Below are positions 47,429 to 55,941 of a stretch of DNA of 64,000 bases, piece after piece. Position 1 is the first letter of the stretch; the number at the start of each line of letters is the position of its first letter. The stretch covers positions 2,661-66,660 of the forward strand of contig DATBIY010000077.1 in NCBI GenBank assembly GCA_036556695.1. Direction: 5' to 3'. The notes beneath the pieces were generated by a model. It was not told the origin of the DNA. It was given only the letters and a program-made list of their open reading frames with translations, and did not search any database. The stretch comes from Candidatus Limnocylindria bacterium (GTDB taxonomy: Bacteria > Chloroflexota > Limnocylindria > QHBO01). Made by a program: the position numbers and the translations under genes.

Positions 47429-49144
47429 TCAGTTCGGCGGGTCGTTCGGCCGGGTCGGCGAGAGGAAGGCGTCCATCGCTCGCCGGATCTGGTGGTCCGG
47501 GTCCATGTTGCGCCGCGCGGCCGCGATCTGCCGCCGCACCTCGGAGGGATCGGCCTCCTCCTCTTCGGTGGTGTCCGGGGCGCCGCCGTTGGTGGCCGCC
47601 ACCGCGGCCGGCTTTTTCGCAGCAGGCGTCGCCGCGGTGGAGCCGGGCTCGGGCTCGACGCTGAACACCGCCCGATCAGCCGGCGGCGGAGTGGGCGGTT
47701 CCTCCGCCACCGACGTGGGGCTCGGTGGCATCGCTGGGGGTGGATGGAGCGGCGGCGGCTGGGCCCCCGGAAGCTCGATGGGCTCGGTGCCAACGGTCGC
47801 CGTGGGGGACGGCAGGGTGGCGGCGGATGCCGCCGGCGCGGCCTGCTCGACGGCTGGCTGGGCACCCATCGGCACCGGCTCCAGCGGCGAGGGCTCGGGC
47901 TCGCGGCTGTAGACCAGGCGCCGCGGCCGCGGATTGCCGCTCACCTGGTTCTTGCCCAGCGACTTGGCCTGGTACATCGCCCGGTCTGCGGCGATCATCA
48001 GCTCCTCGGCGCTGGTTCCGTCCTCCGGGCACGACACCAGGCCGATGCTCACGCTGGTCAGCAGCTCGCCGCCGCCCACCGCCAGGCCGATCTCCTCGGC
48101 GCCGGCGCGGATCTTCTCGGCGACCACGAAGGCGCCGGCGAAGTCGGTTTCGGGCAGCAATACCAGGAACTCGTCGCCGCCGTAGCGGTAGGCCGTGTCG
48201 ACCAGGCGGATCGAGTGGCGGAAGACGTTGCCCAGCAGGCGAAGCACCTCGTCGCCGCGGTGATGGCCGTACAAGTCGTTCACCGCCTTGAGACCGTCCA
48301 GGTCGACCATCAGCAGGCAGAAGCCGCGCTCGCTGCGACGCGTGCGCTGCACCTCCTCCTCGAGCGTCGGGAAGAGCTGGCTGCGGTTGTAGAGCCCGGT
48401 CAACGCGTCGGTGCGCGACATCTGGAGCACGGTGGCTCGCATCCGGCGCTCTCCCGAGGCGAAGACGCCGGCGACGTAGGCCAGCAGCCAGATCGAGCCG
48501 AGCTGCAGGCCGACGCGCAGCAGGTCCGTGGTGGAGTAGCTGGCCAGGTTGGGATCGATGGCCAGCACGCCCACGAAGGCCAGGCTGGCGACGGTGGCCA
48601 CCACCAGCGCCATCGGCCCACCGAGTGCCAGGGCCACCGCCACGGCGACCAGGTTGTAGCCGAACACGAACGGCGAGGTGCCATAGCCGGTCAGCACCAG
48701 CAGCGCGGTGGTGAGGCCGATGGCCAGCAGCACCTCCAGCGCGATGACCGGCGTGACGCGGAAGCGCTTGGGCAGCAGGTCATGCAGCAGGACCACGGCG
48801 CCGACTGCGATGGCTCCCACGATGTAGATGGCCGACTGGGCCTCGTCGTACGCGTTCGACAGGCCCACGCCGATGAGCACGGCGGCGATGGAGACCCACC
48901 ACAGCACCCGCACGGCGGTGGCGTATGTGCTGCCGCTGCGACCGTCCAGCTCGCCGGTGATCGGCTCGTACTTGTCGGCAGGCGAGGCGGGCTGCAGCTG
49001 GCGCGTTGGCTCGGCGCCGGCGGGCTCGTCGCGCCGGGCTCGGAGCGCAGCCACTGCCGCCCCGCTCCCCAGGAGGACGGCGACTGCGGCGGTGACGATG
49101 AGGAAGATGAGCTCTGGAGGCACGGCGTCCTGTCTTATGGGCAC
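47429..49144 (-). CDS. Membrane-anchored diguanylate cyclase (GGDEF) with Pro-rich C-terminal tail
   Basis: N-terminal 6-TM region, GGDEF domain (RYGGDEFLVLL, LMVDLDGLKAVNDLYGHHRGDEVL), followed by a ~150-aa Pro/Ala-rich low-complexity C-terminus. Confidence 0.75.
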   Translation of the reverse strand: MPIRQDAVPPELIFLIVTAAVAVLLGSGAAVAALRARRDEPAGAEPTRQLQPASPADKYEPITGELDGRSGSTYATAVRVLWWVSIAAVLIGVGLSNAYDEAQSAIYIVGAIAVGAVVLLHDLLPKRFRVTPVIALEVLLAIGLTTALLVLTGYGTSPFVFGYNLVAVAVALALGGPMALVVATVASLAFVGVLAIDPNLASYSTTDLLRVGLQLGSIWLLAYVAGVFASGERRMRATVLQMSRTDALTGLYNRSQLFPTLEEEVQRTRRSERGFCLLMVDLDGLKAVNDLYGHHRGDEVLRLLGNVFRHSIRLVDTAYRYGGDEFLVLLPETDFAGAFVVAEKIRAGAEEIGLAVGGGELLTSVSIGLVSCPEDGTSAEELMIAADRAMYQAKSLGKNQVSGNPRPRRLVYSREPEPSPLEPVPMGAQPAVEQAAPAASAATLPSPTATVGTEPIELPGAQPPPLHPPPAMPPSPTSVAEEPPTPPPADRAVFSVEPEPGSTAATPAAKKPAAVAATNGGAPDTTEEEEADPSEVRRQIAAARRNMDPDHQIRRAMDAFLSPTRPNDPPN

Positions 49145-49374
49145 ATCGGCGGGCAGGTGCCGGGCGCCGAGCTGGGTCGTAGTCTAAGGGTCCCATCGGA
49201 CGCACCGCAAAGGTACCAACGCACCGAACCCACCCGTAGTACCCACGGCGTCGCGTGCGGTCACCACAATCGTGCCGAAACCCCTGCTCGCAGGCCGAGC
49301 GAGCGCCGGTGCTACACTGCGAGACCCGCCCAGCAGCAGATGCCGCGCTGCAGCCAAGGTGGCGGTGATGCCAG
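49145..49374. promoter_or_regulatory. 230-bp divergent intergenic region between the GGDEF gene and the LCP gene
   Basis: Non-coding gap between divergent starts. No specific motif identified. Confidence 0.25.
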
Positions 49375-50859
49375 GTGCAGATGATCGACAACCCTCCTTC
49401 GCGCCATCCGGCGTTGGCCGCGATCCTCTCGTTCGTGTTCCCCGGATTGGGGCAGGCCTATGCCGGCAACCGCCGGCTGGCCGCCGTGTTCGCGTTGCCG
49501 GTGTTGCTCCTCATCCTCGCCGTGCTGGTCGCCGTGCTCACCGGCGGCCGGCAGCTGATGAACGCCTTCCTGTCCGCCTCGTTCCTCACCGCGCTGATCG
49601 CGCTCGACCTGGGGCTCATGGCCTGGCGGCTGTTCTCGATCGCGCAGGTCGGCCTGGTGCTGCCAGCCGCGCCACCCACCCTGGGTCCGGCACCGTCAGC
49701 CACGCGACGGCGCGGGGGCACCACGCTGCTGGTGGCCGTTCTGCTGCTGGCGACCGTGGGCATGCACGCGTGGGCGGGCGTGGTCATCGGGCAGCTGAAC
49801 GAGACCCTTGGCGACGTATTCGGCGACAGCAGCGGCGCGGCCGGCGGTGCCGGGCAGCACGGCGGAAGCGGCGGAGGCCCGCTCAACCGGCCGGACTACG
49901 GCTGGGATGGCACGCAGCGCATCAACTTCCTGCTGCTGGGCATCGACAAGTCGACGACCCGCCTGCACGAGCACCTGACCGACACCATCCTGGCAGTCAG
50001 CGTGGACCCGGTTGCCAGGACGGCGGTGATGGTCTCCGTGCCGCGCGACACCGGATACCTGCCGCTGCCGGACCGCAGCGTCTACCCCGACGGCATCTAC
50101 CCCAACAAGATCAACGCCCTGTCCACCGAGGCATCTGCCGATCCGGCGCGCTGGTGCCCCGACCTGCCGGTCGATGCCGGCGAGATCTGCGGGCTGCGCA
50201 CGCTGGAACGGAGCATCGGGCTCTACCTGGGCATCCCGATCCACTACTACGCGACGGTCGACCTCAACGGGTTCATCGAGCTGATCGACTCGGTCGGTCC
50301 GCTGCGCCTGTGCCTTGACGGCACGCTGGACGATCCGACGTACCACCACCCGGGTGAGACGTGGCGCGAGACGCCGCGCGGCGTGCTGCTGCCGGCGGGA
50401 TGCTCGGATACCTACGACGGCCGTATGACGCTGGCCTACGCGCGCGCTCGCAAGGGGACGCTGACCTTGCCAGATGGCACGGTGCAGCAGCTCAACGACT
50501 TCATGCGCGCAGAGCGGCAGCAGGAGGTCCTGCTGGAGCTGCGCCGTCAGTTCGCGTCGCTGGACCTGATCTTCCAGCTGCCGTCGGCGCTTCGCGCGGT
50601 GAGCGCCACGGTGGCCACCGACTTCCCGCGCGACAAGGCCGGCGACCTGGCCTCCCTGCTGCCACTGATCACCGGGCCGAACATCGAGCGCGTGGTGCTG
50701 GGACTGCCGCGCTTCGTGGACCCGCCGCTCGATCCGCTGAACAACTACACCCTGATTCCGCGCCGCGATGACATCCGCCGCACCATGGCGCGCCTGTTCG
50801 GCGCTGATCAGCTCGAGGGCTGGTACGTGGCCAGCGACGCGCCCGGTCCCGACGCCTGA
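49375..50859 (+). CDS. LytR-CpsA-Psr (LCP) family glycopolymer-to-peptidoglycan phosphotransferase
   Basis: N-terminal TM segments and the LCP domain (INFLLLGIDK...DTILAVSVDP...AVMVSVPRDT...YATVDLNGFIELIDSVG). Confidence 0.75.
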   Translation: MQMIDNPPSRHPALAAILSFVFPGLGQAYAGNRRLAAVFALPVLLLILAVLVAVLTGGRQLMNAFLSASFLTALIALDLGLMAWRLFSIAQVGLVLPAAPPTLGPAPSATRRRGGTTLLVAVLLLATVGMHAWAGVVIGQLNETLGDVFGDSSGAAGGAGQHGGSGGGPLNRPDYGWDGTQRINFLLLGIDKSTTRLHEHLTDTILAVSVDPVARTAVMVSVPRDTGYLPLPDRSVYPDGIYPNKINALSTEASADPARWCPDLPVDAGEICGLRTLERSIGLYLGIPIHYYATVDLNGFIELIDSVGPLRLCLDGTLDDPTYHHPGETWRETPRGVLLPAGCSDTYDGRMTLAYARARKGTLTLPDGTVQQLNDFMRAERQQEVLLELRRQFASLDLIFQLPSALRAVSATVATDFPRDKAGDLASLLPLITGPNIERVVLGLPRFVDPPLDPLNNYTLIPRRDDIRRTMARLFGADQLEGWYVASDAPGPDA

Positions 50860-50863
50860 GGCA

Positions 50864-51829
50864 TCAGCGCAGCGCCATCGCCGCCAGCACGACTCCCACG
50901 CCGGCCAGCAGGGCCGATACGGCCCACAGCAGCAGCGTGGCGCCTTGGTGCGAGATGCCGAGCCGCAGCAGGCGGTGATGCAGGTGCCGGCGATCGGGCC
51001 GGAAGATGGGGTACCCGGCCAGCAGGCGGGTGACGGCCACCCGCACGGTATCGGCCAGGGGCAGCGCCAGGATCAGGAGCGGCACCCAGGGTGGCACTCC
51101 GGGCCGGCCGATCTGGGTCAACATGATGGCTGCCGCCGCCAGGATGAAGCCGAGCACCATCGAGCCTGAGTCCCCCATGTGGATGCTCGACGGCGGAAGG
51201 TTGAAGCGCAGGAAGCCGAACACACCACCCGCGGCAGCGGCCAGGACCGGCTGGATGGGGCTGGAGCTTCCCTGTAGCAGGGCAACCGCCATGAATGCGG
51301 CGAAGCCGATGAGCGCCACGCCGGCCGCCAGCCCATCGAGGCCGTCAATGAGGTTGACGGCGTTGATCACCGCCACCATCCACAGCATGGTGACCGGCAG
51401 CGCCCAGGCCTCCAGGCGGAGGCTGCCCCACGGTCCGTCGAGCCGATCGATTGATAGCCCCAGGCCGAACGTCGCCATCACGATGAAGATCTGCGCCGTC
51501 AGCTTCACCCGCGCCCGCAGGTTTTGGAGGTCGTCGAGCATTCCCAGGCCGGCGATCAGCGCCACGCCGGCCAGGATGGCTGGTAGGGGGCCTACCTCGA
51601 TGCCGTAGCGCCGCCCGAAGACCGCGCGTGCCAGGACCAGGGCCACGGCCATGCCGAGGTAAAAGGAGGCGGCGATCGCCAGGCCGCCCAGTCGCGGAAC
51701 GGCCACCTGGTGCACCTTGCGTCGACCCGGCGGGTCCAGCAGCCCGACGTTGTGCGCCACCTGGCGCACGAACGGCGTGAGGACGATGGCCGCCACGAAC
51801 GCGACAAGGAAGGCAGTGCCCGAGATCAT
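50864..51829 (-). CDS. MraY/WecA-family polyprenyl-phosphate N-acetylhexosamine-1-phosphate transferase (TagO/WecA-like)
   Basis: LLDDLQNL, INAVNLIDGLDGLAAG and FMGDSGSMVLGF motifs of the Glycos_transf_4 family. The longest ORF (to 51907) would run into the tRNA-Pro 3' end, so the internal ATG 51829 is preferred. Confidence 0.7.
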   Translation of the reverse strand: MISGTAFLVAFVAAIVLTPFVRQVAHNVGLLDPPGRRKVHQVAVPRLGGLAIAASFYLGMAVALVLARAVFGRRYGIEVGPLPAILAGVALIAGLGMLDDLQNLRARVKLTAQIFIVMATFGLGLSIDRLDGPWGSLRLEAWALPVTMLWMVAVINAVNLIDGLDGLAAGVALIGFAAFMAVALLQGSSSPIQPVLAAAAGGVFGFLRFNLPPSSIHMGDSGSMVLGFILAAAAIMLTQIGRPGVPPWVPLLILALPLADTVRVAVTRLLAGYPIFRPDRRHLHHRLLRLGISHQGATLLLWAVSALLAGVGVVLAAMALR

Positions 51830-51910
51830 GCGCCGTTCCGATGGCGGGAGCGGGCCATCGGCCAGGACGAAGACATGTGGCTCCTCAGTCGGCGCGGTGC
51901 GATCCAAGGT

Positions 51911-51987
51911 TGGTCGGGGCGGCCCGATTCGAACGGGCGACCTCCTGCTCCCAAAGCAGGTGCGCTACCAGGCTGCGCTACGCCCCG
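51911..51987 (-). tRNA. tRNA-Pro (anticodon UGG)
   Basis: Reverse complement CGGGGCGTAGCGCAGCCTGGTAGCGCACCTGCTTTGGGAGCAGGAGGTCGCCCGTTCGAATCGGGCCGCCCCGACCA folds as a cloverleaf. Features: 7-bp acceptor stem, GCGC D-stem, CCUGC/GCAGG anticodon stem, loop UUUGGGA (anticodon UGG), GTTCGAAT T-loop, encoded CCA. Confidence 0.8.
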
Positions 51988-52316
51988 CCAGCTCCGGGAG
52001 GCCCGCGGCATCCCGCTGCGGCGAATGATACCGGGCAGGTCGGAGATGCGAAGCCGCCGGCGTCGGCCCAAGGGAACGTTGCAGCGCGTCAACAACTTCC
52101 TCCCGGCATGCTATGCAATGCAAACGCCTGCCAGTACCCTCCACCAGGACTTTTTTCACATATGCCGAATCTGGTGGCACCGCCATTTGACAGGGATCGT
52201 CCACCTGGACGGCCTCCTGTTGTGTCCTGTGCACCGCCAACTCGACAGCCGGACCGATAACCAGCATGATGCTCGTCATTCATTCAGCTATGCCTTCGCA
52301 TGAAGGGGGACACCGG

Positions 52317-53666
52317 ATGCGTCTTCGCCGCGTCGCCATATTTGCCCTGAGCCTGCTCCTGGTCCTGGCGCTCGCGCCGCCAGCAGCGGCGACCTCGACG
52401 GCTGTCCGCCGCGTGATCCGGACCTCGCAGTGGGGCACTCCCAGCCCTGATCCCACCGGCCTGGCCATGGTCAACGGTCAGCTGCTGGTCGTCGACTCCG
52501 AGGTGGATGAGACCCCGCTGGACCGCGGCCGCGACCTGTGGCGCATCACTCGCCGGGGCAGCGTGGTCAGCTCCATGACCACGCGCTTCAGCCGCGAGCT
52601 GACGGACGTCGCCACCGACGCGGCGAACAACTGGTACTTCTCCGACGACACACCCTTCGGCGGCGTACGCGGCCGCATCTTCGTCCAGAACATCGGCGCC
52701 GACGGCCGGTATGGCACTGCCGATGACAAGCGGCGATCGTTCGCCGCCGGCAGCTTCGGCTCAACCGATCCGGAGGGCCTGGCCTTCGGCGATGGCAGCC
52801 TGTGGATCAGCGACGGCACCAGCGGCAAGGTGTACCGCATCCAGCCCGGACCCAACGGCAAGATCGAGGGCGCGGGTGCCGATGACGTCATCACCGAGCT
52901 CGACCTCACCGGCCTGGGCGTGCGCGACCTGGAGGGCCTCGAGTACTGGAGCGGCCGGCTGCTGGTGCTGGCCAACCAGCCGAACGCCGACATCCTGTCG
53001 GTCGATGCGACCAGCGGCGCGCTGCTGAAGGTTTACGACCTGTCCACCGCCAACCTGCGGCATCCATCGGCCATCGCCTTCGGCCCGTCCAGTGACAACC
53101 CTGCCCGGCGCAGCTTCTACGTCGCCGATCGCGGATTCGACAACAACACCCATCCCAACGAGAACGACGGTCGGATCGTCGAGGTGCAGGCCATTGCCCG
53201 CCCGCCCAACCTCATCAAGAACGGCGGCTTCGAGCGCGACCGCAACCGTGACGGTCGGCCCGACTCGTGGACGTTCAACACCCACTTCACCAGGAATGGG
53301 CTGACGCACCACGACGGCAGCTTTTCGGGCCGCCACCGCGCGCCGGACGACGCCACCTACACCGTGCGCCAGGACCTGAACGACGTGGTGGCCGGTGAGA
53401 CGTACCACTTCGAGGGCTGGACCAAGATCCCGGCACCGGGTGACGCCTTTACCTTCCGCATCAGGATCGTGTGGTTCGGCGCGAATGGCGCGAGGATTCT
53501 GACGTCCAACCTCGACACGTTCACGACACAGCGCGCGCAATGGACCCAGTCGGTGCGCAACGTGCAGGCACCTGCCGGCACGGTGCGAGCCAAGCTGGTG
53601 ATGTCCGTCAGCCAGCTGTCGAAGACGATCTACGTGGACGGCTTCTCGCTCACCGTCGTGTCGTGA
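52317..53666 (+). CDS. Secreted protein with beta-propeller-like N-terminal domain and C-terminal CBM_4_9-like carbohydrate-binding module
   Basis: Signal peptide (MRLRRVAIFALSLLLVLALAPPAAA). C-terminal jelly-roll-like region (IKNGGFE...GETYHFEGW...TIYVDGFSLTVV) typical of CBM4/9/22 modules; internal ATG 52317 chosen. Confidence 0.45.
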   Translation: MRLRRVAIFALSLLLVLALAPPAAATSTAVRRVIRTSQWGTPSPDPTGLAMVNGQLLVVDSEVDETPLDRGRDLWRITRRGSVVSSMTTRFSRELTDVATDAANNWYFSDDTPFGGVRGRIFVQNIGADGRYGTADDKRRSFAAGSFGSTDPEGLAFGDGSLWISDGTSGKVYRIQPGPNGKIEGAGADDVITELDLTGLGVRDLEGLEYWSGRLLVLANQPNADILSVDATSGALLKVYDLSTANLRHPSAIAFGPSSDNPARRSFYVADRGFDNNTHPNENDGRIVEVQAIARPPNLIKNGGFERDRNRDGRPDSWTFNTHFTRNGLTHHDGSFSGRHRAPDDATYTVRQDLNDVVAGETYHFEGWTKIPAPGDAFTFRIRIVWFGANGARILTSNLDTFTTQRAQWTQSVRNVQAPAGTVRAKLVMSVSQLSKTIYVDGFSLTVVS

Positions 53667-54825
53667 GGCGGTTGACCACCGCCAGGTAGCGCTCGGCCTG
53701 GACCGGCCAGGCGTAGGCAGCCGCCTGTCGCCTGGCCTCCTGGCCCATTGCCGCGGTTCGCTGTGGGTCTGACGCCAGCTCGCTGATGGCCGATGCCAGC
53801 GCGTCCGCCTGGCCACCGGGCACGTAGCGCACCGCGCCCGCCGTGAAGTGGGCACGGAACGTCTCCAGGTCCGACGCCACGCTGGGCACGCCCATGGCGG
53901 CGAACTCCAGCAGCTTCTGCGACAGCGAGTAGCGCAGGTACGGCTCGTCGCGGCTCGGGACCAGGCCGATATCCGCGGCGGCCAGCAGGCCGGGTATCTC
54001 CTCCAGCTGCGCCCAGCCATGGAGCGTGACGCGGTCGGCGGTGCCGGTGCGCTGGATGGTGCGCTCCACCTCCTCGCGAAACGGACCCTCGCCGTAGACC
54101 TCCAGCCGCAGCGGAAGGTCTGCGCCGATGCGGGCCACCGCCTCGACGGCGATGTCGAGCCCGTACAGCCGCTGCAGATTGGAATGGTGGATCAGCCGCA
54201 GGGTGCCGTCCTCCATGAAGCGTCGGCGCGGGTGGTGCCCAGGATCGAAGAGCCGCGCATCGGCCGAGTTCATGACCACCGCGATCTTCTCGTCGGGAAC
54301 GCCGCGCTCCAGCGACAGCTGGCGCAGCGGCTCGTGGACGGTGATCAGCGCATCGGCCACCGCCGCCGAGCCGCGGGCCACCGCGCCAACCAGCGGCAGC
54401 AGTGGACGCAGCAGCGGGTGGGTGAATCGGTCGCGGAAAAACTCCGGCATGTCCTCGTGCAGGTCCAGCAGCAGCGGCACGCCGGCCAGCCGCAGCGGCA
54501 TGGCGGCAAAGGCCAGGAAGTCTGGCGGGCCAGCCACCTGGACCAGCTCGTAGCGCCGGCGTCGATGGTGCATCGCCAGCTGGACCGCGGCCATCCCGGC
54601 GAAGGCCAGGTACTCGGCCATGTGGCCGGCGAAGCCGGTGAAGGTGCGATCCAGCGGCAGGCGGATCGTCCGTTCTCCGGGTCGCTCGGACCTCGCGGGC
54701 TCGCCAGGGCGGCGCAGGCAGAAGACGTCCACCTCGTGGCCTGCGCCGATGAGCGCATCCGCCTGGCGCCGCACCCGCGTGTCGCCCGGGTAGACGGCAT
54801 GCACCACGACCGCGATGCGGCTCAA
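53650..54825 (-). CDS. GT4-family glycosyltransferase
   Basis: MSRIAVVVHAVYPGDTRV N-terminus, GT-B fold with SQKLLEFAAMGVPSVASD C-terminal region. Confidence 0.7.
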   Translation of the reverse strand: MSRIAVVVHAVYPGDTRVRRQADALIGAGHEVDVFCLRRPGEPARSERPGERTIRLPLDRTFTGFAGHMAEYLAFAGMAAVQLAMHHRRRRYELVQVAGPPDFLAFAAMPLRLAGVPLLLDLHEDMPEFFRDRFTHPLLRPLLPLVGAVARGSAAVADALITVHEPLRQLSLERGVPDEKIAVVMNSADARLFDPGHHPRRRFMEDGTLRLIHHSNLQRLYGLDIAVEAVARIGADLPLRLEVYGEGPFREEVERTIQRTGTADRVTLHGWAQLEEIPGLLAAADIGLVPSRDEPYLRYSLSQKLLEFAAMGVPSVASDLETFRAHFTAGAVRYVPGGQADALASAISELASDPQRTAAMGQEARRQAAAYAWPVQAERYLAVVNRLTTRR

Positions 54826-55934
54826 CCAGCCTTCACCTCGTTCCAGAGTGCGTCCTTGCCCTCGGGCGACAGGTCGGCGAGCACTTGCCCGCGCGAGGCG
54901 GCCAGCTGCTCGGCGCGCTCGTAGCGGAGGATCCAGCGCCGGTTCGCTGCGCGCAGCGCCTCCTCGGGGTCGAGCTTCAGCCAGCGCGCCAGGTTGACGG
55001 TGGCGAACAGGACGTCGCCCAGCTCGTGCAGCCGCTGGTCACGACCCTCGTCGCCCGCGGCCCCGGCCTCGTGCAGCTCGGCCAGCTCCTCGTGGACCTT
55101 GTCCCACACGCCTTCGATGGCCGGCCAGTCCCAGCCCAGCGAGCTGGCGCGCTCCTGGATCTCGCGGCTGGCAGGCAGCGCCGGCAGGGCGCGAGCGATG
55201 CCGGCAAACGGCGACGGGGCAGACCCGGCATCGGCCCGCTCACGTGCCTTGATGGACTCCCAGTTGCGGAGCACCTCCGCGGCGTCGGCCACCTCAACGT
55301 CGCCGAACACGTGCGGATGACGGCGCACGATCTTGGCGCCCAACGTGCGGTACACGTCGGTCAGGTCGAAGGCGCCCTCCTCGGCTGCCAGCTGGGCGTG
55401 CAGAATCACCTGCAGGAAGAGGTCGCCCAGCTCCTCCGCCAGGTCGGCCGGCTCGCCGCGCTCGATGGCGTCCACCGTCTCGTACGCCTCCTCCAGCACG
55501 AAGGGACGCAGCGTGGCGTGCGTCTGGCGGCGGTCCCACGGGCAACCGTCCGGGGCGCGAAGCCGGGCCGAGATGGCTGCCATGCCGTGTGGGCTGGCCA
55601 GGTTGTCGAGCGGCGGCAGCGCCCTAAGCAGCCAGTCGCCGCCGGCCAGCTCGGCGTCGGTGAGCTCTTCGAGGGCTCGCGGCGCACCGGAAGGCAGCGG
55701 GTGGACCGGGTGCCGCGGCGGGTAGAGCGCCAGCAGCACGTCGCGCGCCGAACGCCGGGCATGGCGTCCCGGCAGCGCTCCCGGCGCGCCGTCCCCGGTG
55801 GCGCGCAGCACGACGAGTGGCAGGGACGGGTCGAAGGCAATCGCTGCCAGCCGGGCAGCGGAGGCGACCTGCAGCCCGTCGCCGGGGTCGAGGCCTGCAG
55901 CGGCCATCAGCGCGTCGAGCGACCGACCGGCCAC
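54822..55934 (-). CDS. mazG: MazG-family nucleoside triphosphate pyrophosphohydrolase with N-terminal extension
   Basis: Two EExxE-type MazG motifs (VLEEAYETVDAIE...LAEELGDLFLQV; VHEELAELHEA...LHELGDVLF); about 140-aa N-terminal extension of unknown function. Confidence 0.65.
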   Translation of the reverse strand: MAGRSLDALMAAAGLDPGDGLQVASAARLAAIAFDPSLPLVVLRATGDGAPGALPGRHARRSARDVLLALYPPRHPVHPLPSGAPRALEELTDAELAGGDWLLRALPPLDNLASPHGMAAISARLRAPDGCPWDRRQTHATLRPFVLEEAYETVDAIERGEPADLAEELGDLFLQVILHAQLAAEEGAFDLTDVYRTLGAKIVRRHPHVFGDVEVADAAEVLRNWESIKARERADAGSAPSPFAGIARALPALPASREIQERASSLGWDWPAIEGVWDKVHEELAELHEAGAAGDEGRDQRLHELGDVLFATVNLARWLKLDPEEALRAANRRWILRYERAEQLAASRGQVLADLSPEGKDALWNEVKAG

Positions 55935-55941
55935 CTGGCGC

